64,000 nucleotides of DNA from Octopus sinensis (taxonomy: Eukaryota): contig NC_043002.1 in assembly GCF_006345805.1 (NCBI RefSeq), forward strand, positions 73,656,001-73,720,000. The letters are read 5' to 3'. This document shows positions 24,157 through 34,975 of the stretch, in pieces; position 1 is the first letter of the stretch; every line of letters begins with the position of its first letter. The notes beneath the pieces are model-generated. The model saw only the letters and a program-made list of their open reading frames with translations. It searched no databases and was not told the DNA's origin. The position numbers were made by a program, and so were the translations under genes.

Positions 24157-25140
24157 TTTTTTTTTTCCCCTATTTTTAAATCTGTGATAAATAAGATTTA
24201 TGAGTGGAGTTTGCTTCACTAACTTTGTAAAGTCAAAATTCATCTTCGAAAGAAGAGAGAAAAAATCCCAGCAGGAATATGAAGAATAAATGAGATTTCG
24301 ATTACCTGGAATATTTTTTGCTTTCAGTGAATGCCAAAAGGAGAAAAAAAACTTCATGCAAACTTCGCTTTTTTTGATGTAGCTTTGTCATATTCTTGTG
24401 AAGGCAAAGTTTTGTTGTTTTTTTTACTATATAACTGCCACTACCACCGCCCCCTTTTAGTTTTATTTTTTTATGGATGAGCCCAGCTTTTTTTTTTATC
24501 TGTCTCATTTTGAAAGAATACAATAATTTTTCTTTCCCTTCACCAATTGCATATTTTTCTTGATTAATTTATATAATAAACTTATTTTATAAACCTGTTA
24601 TGTTTCTTCTTTAGTATAATTTTCTCAAACAATATCCAAATACTTTCTTCTGAAAGGTAAAATAATTAATTGGATAGCTGATTTGTCAACCAGCTAACTT
24701 GTCCATAGCTCAAATGCTGTGCAAGGTACATAAATGTTGATGCTGGCAAGAATTATACATATCAAATTCAAATACAAGGAGCCAGTATACTGTTATTTAA
24801 CCTGCAAAAAATAGCAGTCAAATCTTCCTCAAATTATGCTTACACCATTTTAAAAAGCAACAGGTACATTGGATTATATATTTAGCATATAATAGAAATG
24901 TTTTACGTTTACGAATTTGTTGCAAGATTCCTGATGTGAAACCGTGTGTTGAAACAGATATTGTTATAGTTCAAGATGGCCTTCTCGCCCCTCCCAAATA
25001 AACACACGCCCTATATATTCGTTCTTCACTCGTGGACGGTAAGGTTCGCTGAAGAGGTCACAGATGTGTGACGAAAGATTTCCGGACAATGGACATAAGA
25101 TAAAATAAGAATAGTAATAAACGAATGAAGAACGAATATA

Positions 25141-25258
25141 CATGGTGTCCCAGAAGTCGCGCACCATTCTGGTTTTCAATAAAAATAATTGATGCAATTT
25201 ATTTTATTTTATTCAATTTTAAAAAACCAGGATGGTGCGTGACTTCTGGGACACCCTG
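25141..25258. mobile_element. 118-bp Tc1/mariner-type MITE
   Basis: ~35-bp TIRs ca(t)ggtgtcccagaagtcgcgcacc / ggtgcgtgacttctgggacaccctg, flanked by TA on both sides. Confidence 0.85.
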
Positions 25259-25809
25259 TATAATATGTGTGTTTATTTGGTTAAACATTTTTAAATGACC
25301 ATCTCGAAATATAACAATATAGAAATGTTTTAAATAAGTAACTATGTACCCGTAGATCGTTCACCTGCTTTGTCCCTATCAATTTTCACCTGCTGCTGTC
25401 TCCCTTGTTTTCAGTTTTACTACGAAGATTACTTTCAAAATCTAAAATTATTTTTTTATATTTTAGCTATTCAAAATCCCAAATGGTGTACGTGCATTAA
25501 TTATTAGCTAATTAGATGAAAGAAATAGTTACTTCCCTTGTTGATTCTGTTTTAACTCGACTAATGAATGAAGATTAGACTATGTTGACTTTGAATCCAA
25601 GAAACGAACTAACGTAGATCAAAACTAGAGATGTGGTTATTATTTCTAGCATGTCTAGCAACTACGTCGAGGTTTCCCTTGTTGTCAAGTCTTTTTAGAT
25701 TGAAGAAAGAAACGGTACATTTATTTTTATTTCTTATCGTAATAAAAGTCTAAGATAAAGAAGCCAACCTGAGTATTTCAACGTCGCTGACGTGGCCGAT
25801 GACAGTACC

Positions 25810-26240
25810 GCTTGATTGGCACTCGTGCCAGTGGAACATTAAAAGAAACATATCCAAGCATGATCGTTGCCAGGCCACGGTTTGGTACCCGTGCCAGTGA
25901 CACGTGAAAAGCACCATTGGAGCGTGATCGTTGCCAGCGTTGCCTTATATGTGCCGGTGGCACGCGAAAAACAACATTCGAGCGTGGTCGTTGCCAGTGC
26001 CGCCGGACTGGCTCCCGTGCAGGTAGCACGTAAAAACACCTTTTGAGCGTGGTCGTTGCCAGAACCGCCTGACTAGCCCTCGTGTCGGTGGCACGTAAAA
26101 AGCACCCACTACACTCTCAGAGTGGTTGGCGTTAGGAAGGGCATCAAGCTGTAGAGCCTGGTGCAGCCTCTGGCTCACCAGTCCTCAGTCAAACCGTCCA
26201 ACCCATGCCAGCATGGAAAGCGGACGTTAAATGATGATGT
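25810..26240 (+). mobile_element. Family D short retroelement with an internal ~60-bp minisatellite (about 5 degenerate units) and (TGA)n tail
   Basis: Repeated gcgtg(g/a)tcgttgccag...gtggcacgt(a/g)aaaa units. Confidence 0.75.
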
Positions 26241-26296
26241 TTGAATGAAGAAAGTAAAATCTACCTCCACGAACAACCTACAGGAAGCCTCTACAT

Positions 26297-27030
26297 CAGG
26301 GCTGGCCAACCTCAGGCCCGCGGCCCACTGACTTTTATCTTGTACCTGTAATTGTTATTTCTTTACTGCCCACAAGGGGCTACACACAGAGGGGACAAAC
26401 AAGGACAGACAAACGAATTAGTCGATTATATCGACTCATTGGATGATCTAAGACAGATCGACTGCCTGTTCTAGCAAAGTTTGATCAAAAAATTTATGGA
26501 AATCAGAGACGTGACTTCTCGTCAAGCTGGTATACTGGTCGTTTATGCTGTCGGCATTTTTATACTTCTACTCAAGCTGATACTTGTTTTATTAAAAATG
26601 GATATTCTAATTGGCATCATGCAAAAGAAAAAAAAAACAAAGGTTTAAATAAGCACGCAAACTCTGCATCCCATATTCAAGCTATGGTAACAGGGAAGGA
26701 ACGCCAACGGCATTTATCCACAACATCCATGTCTTCAATCTTGCAAAATGATCAGTTGGGCAAAAACCGTTATTATATCAGTTCCATTGTTGATATTGCC
26801 TTTTCGAGGAAATGAAAGTGAAGCTTTTCAGGATCTTTATTCGGAAGATGATACGTAGCCTTCTGGTCTTTTTATGAAATTATTCCAGTACACATTGGAG
26901 AAAGACTCAAAGTTAACGGAATGTTACAGCAAGATTTTTTAAAATGCGACCTACACCTCAGCAGCAATGCAAAACGAAATCATCGAATTGTTGAGAAGAC
27001 ACACTGTCAGCCTCGTGGTCGATGTTTATT
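26297..27030 (+). mobile_element. hAT transposon remnant (5' TIR and degenerate ZMYM1-like transposase segment), interrupted by a SINE A fragment
   Basis: The start CAGGGCTGGCCAACCT resembles hAT termini. The IAFS(R)..TYTSAAMQNEIIELL segment resembles the hAT 'LxFRG..YxSxxIQNExIxxL' region. Confidence 0.55.
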
Positions 27031-27584
27031 TGATATTATATAAAAATAATGTTTAAAGATTTGGCTGTTATCTCTAGCATGTAGAAAGACCTTTTAGGCT
27101 TAACTATGTGCTTGTTGAAAATCATTTTTTAAAATATTGGAGTCGATACATTCAACTAAAAATTCTTCGAGCTGATGCCCCAACAAGTAAAGTGAAAATA
27201 AAACGAAATATATCAGAAGTTATGACCGGGTTAGACGTCAGAAAATGTATTTAAAAAAACGAAATAAATAACCGAAAAATATAAGCCTAGGGCTTTTGGG
27301 ATATTTTCATTTGTGAAGCCAGTTTTTTCAAATTTTTCCTACTGAACCAAACAATTTGAAACTTCGTATACTGGTAGAATGTGTCAAAAGTAAACTTAAT
27401 TGTAAACCAGAATGAAAACGGAATTGTAACTTCTAAGTTTAACATTGTTTAATAATTAGAATTTTAACCAATGGTATTCCGTCTTTCGGCTTCATATTAT
27501 TTACTCCGTCTCGACCACCAATTTGGTGACGTATTAAACATATGGTATGTAAACAAAACAATAACGATGAAATTTTTTACTCGG

Positions 27585-27648
27585 TGTATGTGTATATGTA
27601 TGAATGTATGTATGTATGAATGTATGTATGTATGTGTGTATGTATGTA

Positions 27649-27679
<31 letters not shown>

Positions 27680-27910
27680 ATGGCCGATTCGGTGTTTAGT
27701 TTTTTCGAGTGAATACTCGGTGTATGTGTATCTGTATGTATGTGTGTGTGTATGTATCTATGTATGTGTGTGTGTGTGTGTATGTATGTATGTGTGTGTG
27801 TGTGTGTGTCACACATGTATGTATGGCCGATTCAGTGTTTAGTTTTTTCGAGTGAATACTCGGTGTATGTGTATCTGTATGTGTGTGTGTGTGTATGTAT
27901 CTATGTATGT
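27585..27910. repeat. (GTAT/GT)n microsatellite with a duplicated spacer (tatggccgattc..gagtgaatactcgg); same family as 57490-57590 / 58340-58400
   Basis: Seen directly. Confidence 0.8.
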
Positions 27911-28689
27911 TAGCCTCAAATGTGCACAGTTGCCTACGTCACAAAACTGCTTTCTACGTCACACTAACAGAATGCAGTAACGTATTAAATATGAAAACAA
28001 GCAATCTCATTGGTTAAAATTCGCAGTTTTAATCTACGATTAAAGTCATAAAATAGATTTTTCTCAAATAAACTAGTTCCAACCTGTGTCTTGTTTTGAA
28101 ACACTGTACCAGCATACGAAGTTTCAAATTATTTAGTTAAGTAGAAATATCTGGGCTCCTGGCCACACAATTGAAAAGATCCGGCTTTTGTCCACTTTCA
28201 CACTTTAAGTAGGAGCTTTTGTCCGTACTCCTTTTCAGCATCCCCAGTTGCAATCGGCTGGCTACGTGGCTGGATTAAACCCTCTAACAGATCTAGGCGT
28301 TCTGTAGACGTAGTTACCTCTCTTGACAGTGGTCGTTTAAACAAGCTCACACCAGAGGGCACACGCAACATTAAGGTTCAGAAACTCAGCACTTCCTCTT
28401 TTTGACATCTTGACGTCGCCGACCAAAGACGTGATCTAGCTGGCTCTCTCACACCATACGCCAGCTAGCAGACAGGAGGCAACGCACAGGAGATCATGGT
28501 CTCCACGCAACAACCATTTCCATTTATCATTCAGCTTGTATATACTTACATGTGGCCGGCATTAAAGACACAGCCTTGTTTTATATATTCTTTACAGCGT
28601 CCCTGTCAAATGATATTACAGCCTTCTGAGTAGAGTCATAGTAGATGGCTCCACAACCATGATACAAACAGACCATTTACTCCGTCTAA

Positions 28690-29480
28690 AGTTCTTTTGT
28701 CGCCCATTAAATAAATGGAAGAGTTCATTAATTCGAAAAAACAGTTTCGTAGAAGGTCAAAACAAAAAACTGTTGCGCAATGGTATCGGTACTTCAGAGA
28801 TGTCTGCTCACATTACTTAGTAAACAATCCCTATAAAATTGGTGGTGTTGGACATGTAGAATTAGATGATAGTGTCATTTCAAGAAGTAAATACCATGTC
28901 GGACATGTTCCTCAAAAATGGGTATTTGGAAGGAAGGACACAACAACAAGCCTTTGATTTATTTATTTATTTAGTTAGTTAATTTTTTGGCTCCAAAAGC
29001 AAAAAGTAAGGCCATGTAGGGGGACATGGAGTTATGTACAGGGTGGTGTTCATGTAAAGAGTTCAGGCCACTTGTGGTCAAGGGAGACTTTGAACCGAGC
29101 GGTCGTCGGCATCTTCACTATCTCGTCCGGCAGCTTATTCCACGATTGTTTTGTTCCAGATAGTTCAGCATCATCATTGCTACCTTTGATTGAGGAAAAT
29201 GTTCTACCTGGAACAGAAATCCACACGGACTGTTGACGTGCTTACAACGGAATAAATGCAATCCCCGTGATTTCACAAATTTGACAGTTAATCATCGTGA
29301 GAATGTTGTGAATCAAGTGAATGGAGGATGTACAAATCATGCAGAACGTTATTGCAAAGAAATGAAACAGCGATTGAAACACATACACGAACTTCAGAAG
29401 AAATGCTGCCATCTCATTTAGCGACAGTTCATGTAGCGACAATTAAGGAGGAAACGTGAGATGAGGCTTTCAATAACATT
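28690..29480 (+). mobile_element. Merlin / IS1595(ISXO2)-like DDE transposase remnant
   Basis: QWYRYFRDVCS..KIGGVGHVELDDS..SKYHVG..KWVFG, then LPLIEENVLPGTEIHTD..AYN and LTVNHREN..TNHAE, match the Merlin/ISXO2 motif order (VEIDES, WVFG, I.SD.W.AY, TVNHS..TN.IE). Confidence 0.8.
28957..29144 (-). mobile_element. 5'-truncated CR1-like LINE 3' end inserted in the Merlin remnant
   Basis: The minus strand reads WNKLPDEIVKMPTTARFKVSLDHKW (CR1 ORF2 terminus), followed by a UTR and a (TAAA)n tail. Confidence 0.75.
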
Positions 29481-30242
29481 CTGCTTGATATTTCAAATCG
29501 ATACTTTGTTCAATGACCCTATAAATAATTAAATAAATTAGATTTCTTTTTCGGCAAATTTATGAGAGCGAGGTGTAATTATTTTGCCATCTCATACAAC
29601 AAAAAAAGAAAGAGAAAGGAAGAGATTAGTGATAGAAAGTGAAAGAGAAAGCAGCAATAACATTCTGCTTGACTGGGTGTCAAGTACCAACAACAGCTTA
29701 CACGAAGCACTTACTGGCTGCTCAACTGACTAGAAATAGCAGCAAAAATTCCCTTTAATTTCATCCTATTGTCTTTAAAACAGATTTCGACTTCAGTAAA
29801 CGACGTAGTTTAAAGGACATGATGTTTAAAGAAAACAGACAGGATGGTCACGAGTGGAACACTTTTGCTCATAGATCTGGAGAATCTCGGACCGACATCA
29901 ACAACCTGCAATTTTTCTGAGCCAACGAGGTAGTCTCTATATGGTTGCACGACCTGCTAGAAGTAGCTGCCAAATTTCTACTAGTATAACGTCCTACCGG
30001 CTTCAAAATATAAACAGCGTAAATGCTATTGAAATATGAAAGGGTGGCCACAGTTGGAATGCCATTGATCTTAGTTGATTTGGGGATAGACAACAACGAC
30101 TTTCAAATGGAGACCGTTTGTTTTTGAACACTGCGTCTTGTAGCAACATATTCCGCAATAAAGACGCGAAACCAAACATATTTCAGATCAATACGACTTG
30201 TCCAAACTTGTCTCAAATATGTCAATTAATCTAGCATTGAAT

Positions 30243-30610
30243 GCAGTGAGCTGGCAGAAGCGTTAGCACGCCGGGCTAAATGCTTAGCAGTATTTCGTCT
30301 GCCGTTACGTTCTGAGTTCAAATTCCGCCGAGGTCGACTTTGCCTTTCATCCTTTCGGGGTCGATTAAATAAGTACCAATTACGCACTGGGGTTGATATA
30401 ATCAACTTAATCCGTTTGTCTGTGTTTAGCCCCTTGTGGGTAGTAAAGAAATAGGTATTTCGTCCGTCTTTATGTTCTGAGTTCAAATTCCGCCGAAGTT
30501 GATTTTGCTTTTCATCCTTTCGGGGTCGATAAACTAAGTACCAGTCAAATACTGGAGTCAATGTGATCGACTTACCCCCACCCTCGAACTTGCTAGCCTT
30601 GTGCCAAAAT
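30243..30610 (+). mobile_element. SINE family A (with partial internal duplication)
   Basis: gagctggcagaagcgttagcacgccggg..gagttcaaattccgccgaggtcgactttgcc.., and the B-box segment is repeated at 30470-30530. Confidence 0.85.
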
Positions 30611-31063
30611 CATTCCATAACTGATTGTCATAAAAATGTACATAGATTTTGGCATAAAATTATGAACGTTGTTCTAATAATATCACGAGTTGTGCCATAC
30701 ACTACAGAAGGTCTCTTCATGGCAATAATCTTGGGACATCTCTGGATCTGGAAATTTATCAACGCCGGATTCTGAGTCTGCGACTAGTACGGCAAGGCTA
30801 CGGTTTGAGGTTATGGTGGGGAGTGACAGATCTCCTATTTCCACACTCCTAAACAGGATTAAGAAGTCCCGTAGTAGCAAGGATATAGCAATAACTGGAT
30901 GATCGGTCCCTTACAATGGTCCAAAGGAAGCCAGTGAGTAACAAACCATTTTAAAAAATCAAATATAGTGTTAGACTGCAACAGCAGCAATTGGCAAATG
31001 ATAGTGGGTACACGGATTACATTTATTTTCGCCGAAATAAGTATTTCATCTCTGGACATCGGC

Positions 31064-31177
31064 AATACAGCACCTTTGATCGCGAGCTCTTGGCGATCTA
31101 CCTGTCTACATTTTCAACATCAACTCGAAGGTCGAAATTTTGTGATCTATACTGATCCTCAACCGTTGTCGCACTGA
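31064..31177 (+). mobile_element. Ty3/Gypsy RNase H fragment
   Basis: YSTFDRELLAIYL(S)..HFQHQLEGRNFVIYTD is the classic Gypsy RNase H motif, with a frameshift. Confidence 0.85.
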
Positions 31178-31580
31178 AAAAAAAATGAAAAACAAGAAAA
31201 AACACCAGAAAATTAGTGAGCATGTGTGTACTGTGTTTGTTTGTAAGATTGTCCTTTTCTTTTCTTGAGAAACTGGCAAAAAATAAATGTTTCTAGAAGA
31301 CGAAAGTCAAAAGATAATATCACAGCTAAATATAGCAGTTGGAAAAAAAAACGTATAGAAGCACGCGGTTGAAAGAAAGATGGCTCCACAACCCAGACTA
31401 TGAGCACGTGGTGTCGGCGTTGGTCTATCTTCTTCTGTCCAAATCGTTGTCGGCTTGATGTCGGTTGAAGAAATAGCACGAGCACAGATAGACGTGTGAT
31501 TTCGGCGTCAGTGAATAAGCTCCGTTTTTCCTTTCACCATTGTGAAAACGGGCGCTAGAGAGTCTTCTTCTGCTAATGTT

Positions 31581-31760
31581 CTTCGTCTGGGGTCACCAAT
31601 TGTAGGATGTGAGATTGGCACTGGTTGGGTGCCTCACACTTCCTTAAATAGTTGTAGAAAGGAAAACAGCGGGAACACGAATCTCCGAACAAATAACAAT
31701 AATAATTTATTTTCGCCGAAATAAGTATTTCATCTCTGGAGACATCGGTAGCCTGGACGC
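31581..31760 (-). mobile_element. LTR end (..CCTACA) plus tRNA-Trp-like primer binding site of a Gypsy-like element
   Basis: The minus strand reads CATCCTACA-AT-TGGTGACCCCAGACG, compared with the tRNA-Trp PBS TGGTGACCCCGACGTGAT. A 40-bp piece of this LTR recurs at 31022-31062. Confidence 0.7.
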
Positions 31761-31989
31761 TGGGGTGGGGTGGGGGTGGAAGCAGCAGAGTCGGTTGAAT
31801 CACAATTGTGAAGGCATTCTTCTCAGCTCGCCAAGTCGTATTCGCCTTCACACGAAGCTTGTCTGGTTCTATCGGAAGCAAGAAGCAAAAAAGGAAAGAA
31901 CAGCGGTAAAACTTAGCTGCTGATGATGACTGCGCATGTGCATAAGGGACTTCTGGCAGGCCTTCCGGAAGACTAATACTTGCGCATGC

Positions 31990-32900
31990 GTAGATGAAAA
32001 TCCCAAAATGGCGTCATTACATACCAGCTTCTTTCTCCATTCAGTTGTGGTTCTCCGGGTCAGCTGTGACTTATCGGTTGGCGTACTCTGCCGTCAAATT
32101 CTCTCTCACTACAAAATCCCCTACTCACTCTCAGCTTCTCACCGAGTTTTCGACTACAGCCACCAAAGGGAATGACTGGTTATGAAAAGACCAAGTGATG
32201 GAGTATAGCTGAGTACAAAAAGGAACCAGTTGCCAGCTTCGGTACTTTGACATCAGCTCTGAACGATAAGGTAGAAACCATGTTGATGGACATTGCTGAC
32301 CATAATTCGATCGAGACATTGCTATCAAGACGTGGTACAAGATGAAATCTGGACAGCGATTCATCCACGCGCTTCTTTCGACCGGACCCATCAGTCTACG
32401 AATGCAGGCACGGCTATCAAGAACAATATGGTAACAAAACCTGAATACACTCCATCTTACATTTAAATCGGCAGCGAAACATGCAGTAACTACTGAAAAA
32501 TCTCAATATTATTCTGATCTGCACAAACAGTGGCACGACTGTGAAAGCCAATAAGATCTCTTGGTTGGCTAATGCATACCAACGCTGGATACAACGCTTG
32601 TCAATTAACAAAGGAGTCGACCAGAGTTTTGTGCGATTCGCCCAATTAATTTTCGCTGTTGAAGTGAATATTTCGCAATGTTACGTAGGGAAGAGTTCCT
32701 ACACATGCTGATCCCAAATGCTGAAGTAATCTATACGTCAAACCCATTGATATTAGCACAGCATAAAACAAAGAAATCAACAGAAAGAAACACCACCCTC
32801 CTCGGTCCATATGATATCCTTATCGAGACATTGTGTCTGCTTGGATATCTGCTCTGCGCGAGATGCAGACACTCCCTTATTACTTTGGCTATCAGTAATG
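31990..32900 (+). mobile_element. Possible highly degenerate Gypsy gag-pol remnant
   Basis: Weak gag-like fragments (..IQLWFS.., ..HGYQEQYGNK..) with many stops, sitting among other Gypsy pieces. Confidence 0.3.
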
Positions 32901-33281
32901 CAGTGAATCAAAAGTAACTCGACGAAAATTTCTAAAACCAATGGCACTATTATTCACCATTTGTGATATAAAATATAAATAACGTATAAATTATTCGAGC
33001 CGTCATACGGTTATATACATTTGTAAGCTAAAGATACAGGAGCTTCATTATTGTTTGATATGAAAACCGTAAGTAGTAGGAGCTATATATTTCTGAAGTA
33101 AACGCCTTCGTGTATTCAGTTAAGTTCTGACTTACATTCATATCGATATCTAAGTTGCCTTTCAAATTTCCGAGATCAATAAAATATATCTCCATATTAT
33201 ACATCGATAAACTCGGTCGACTATATCGACCCCTTCCAATAAGTGAGCTATTATATGAGAAATCAACATTGATACAAATTA

Positions 33282-33460
33282 AGGCAGCGAGCTGGCAGAA
33301 TCGTCAGCCTGCCGGAAAGGATACTTAGTGGGCATTTTGTCCGTCTTTACGTTCCGAGTTCAAATTCCACTGAAAAGTTCCAGTTGAGCACTGGGGTCGA
33401 TGTAATCGACTTAACCTCTCCCCCAAGCTTGCTGGCCTTGTGCCAAAATTTGAAACCAAT
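33282..33460 (+). mobile_element. SINE family A
   Basis: aaggcagcgagctggcagaatcgtcagc..gagttcaaattccactg.. Confidence 0.8.
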
Positions 33461-34329
33461 ATTGATACAAATCTTTTCCTTAAGTATTACGCAACCAATT
33501 GGCAGAGTCATTAGTACGTTGGGTAGATTACTTTAGAGATTAACGTTATTAATCTCTATATTCTGAGTCCAAATCCTGTCGGTGCTAACACTTTCTTCTT
33601 TTCGGGTCGATGAATTAATCTTATACTGAGGTGGATTTTTCTTTCTGTCTGACTTTCTTGTGGAAGAGTTCAGCTGTGGTCAGACTTAGATAGGGATGGG
33701 ATCCACCAGATTTTAAAGCGCTCGACACACCGTATCCTATTAAGGGGCTCCTACGACTACATTAGAAAGTTGAAGGGCAAAGTTATTTACACATACAGTT
33801 ACTGCTCGCATTTTTTTCCAAACAATAGAGCGATCAGATTTCGAATTAAGTAATAGGCCATCAAAGATAAAACAAAATAACTGTTGGAGAATATTCCACG
33901 GCTTTGGTATTCCTATGAGAAACTTCAGAAATTAAATAATAATCAGTACTTATTTACGTTAAGCCCTTCGCTTCCTATAAAGTATAGACCACCGACGACT
34001 TTTCTCTGAACTCCAGTTGGATACATCAGTACTCTGCCTCCCTAAAGGAAGGCCTTCCTCTCCAAAGTCTTTGTTGATTTTGAATTGCCATCAATGGCTA
34101 ACACCTCTACCCGGGAACAGGGTGTGCATGGGTGCAAGCGCTTCTCCAAAAGCTTTATAAATATTTTACAAAACTTGATTGTACAAAATTTTTAAGTAAA
34201 TTTTCCCCAAAGTAAACCTCCTTCCCGAATATATGTCTCTACCTAAAAAGAAAGCAATGTTAGGATAACTCTGCTTTTTTCTAAGTAGAAGTGTCAGGGG
34301 TTCATATTAAACTGGCCTTTATCCTTTGA

Positions 34330-34975
34330 CTTGCCCAGCCCTACCAGGAATTTGTGCTCAGCTGACACAGCTCTCAGGGTCCCATCCAAGCCTGAAAATA
34401 TATTGGGTCAGTTGGGATGGCGTTCAAGCGACGCCTGTACAACTATAGGTCCTCTTTCAGGATACCGGAAAGACGATTTGTCGCATCCCTGACCAGCCAC
34501 GTGTGGCATCTCAAAGACGAAGCGACCCCATACGATATCAAGTGGATCTTAGCGCAGCCGGGACCCTACATTAATGGGAGCGAACACTGCAAGTTTTGTA
34601 TAGCCGAGCAAGCAAGGATACTTAAAGGCTCCCTGAAACCTGAATCAGTGAACACTATCCAGGAAATTTACAGTCCTTGCATCCATTTCAAATGCTACCT
34701 GCTGCAAGCATGGGATTCCCCATCTAAAAGTAGCCCAAGGCAAATATCCCGTTTCCCCCACTTTTGGACCACGGAATCTGGTCTAAGGGAGATAACCCGT
34801 TCTCACTGACCCTGGACTATTTTTTAGTGACTTACTGACCATTTGACCGTAACAGATTCCTGCCTCCCAAAGGTGAAGAGTTACATTTGTCTTCGGCTTT
34901 CGAGTCTGACGAGACGTTCACGGGGCAAAGCCCTTCGTGGATGCGAAACCATCAATTGGTTTCGCGTAAAGAATG
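34330..34975 (+). mobile_element. Penelope-like element 3' part: GIY-YIG endonuclease remnant plus terminal region
   Basis: KYIGSVGMAFKRRLYNYRSSF..SLTSHVWHLKD..YDIKWIL..CKFCIAEQARIL matches the Penelope GIY-YIG pattern. Confidence 0.85.
34897..34971 (+). ncRNA. Degenerate type I hammerhead ribozyme-like motif
   Basis: CUGACGA (34906-34912), long stem II, GAAA (34945-34948), stem III CCA/UGG, GUU triplet. Stem I is imperfect. Confidence 0.45.

Noticed and set aside
25810-26110. CRISPR-like regularly spaced repeats
   Set aside because: Eukaryotic context, whole units are degenerate copies of each other with no unique spacers, there are no cas genes, and it is part of a retroelement.
27471-27842. 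123-aa ORF
   Set aside because: Mostly (GTAT/GT)n microsatellite.
32131-32611. Hydrophobic minus-strand ORFs resembling a membrane receptor pseudogene
   Set aside because: No consistent receptor motifs or splice sites; more simply antisense to degenerate LTR-element sequence.
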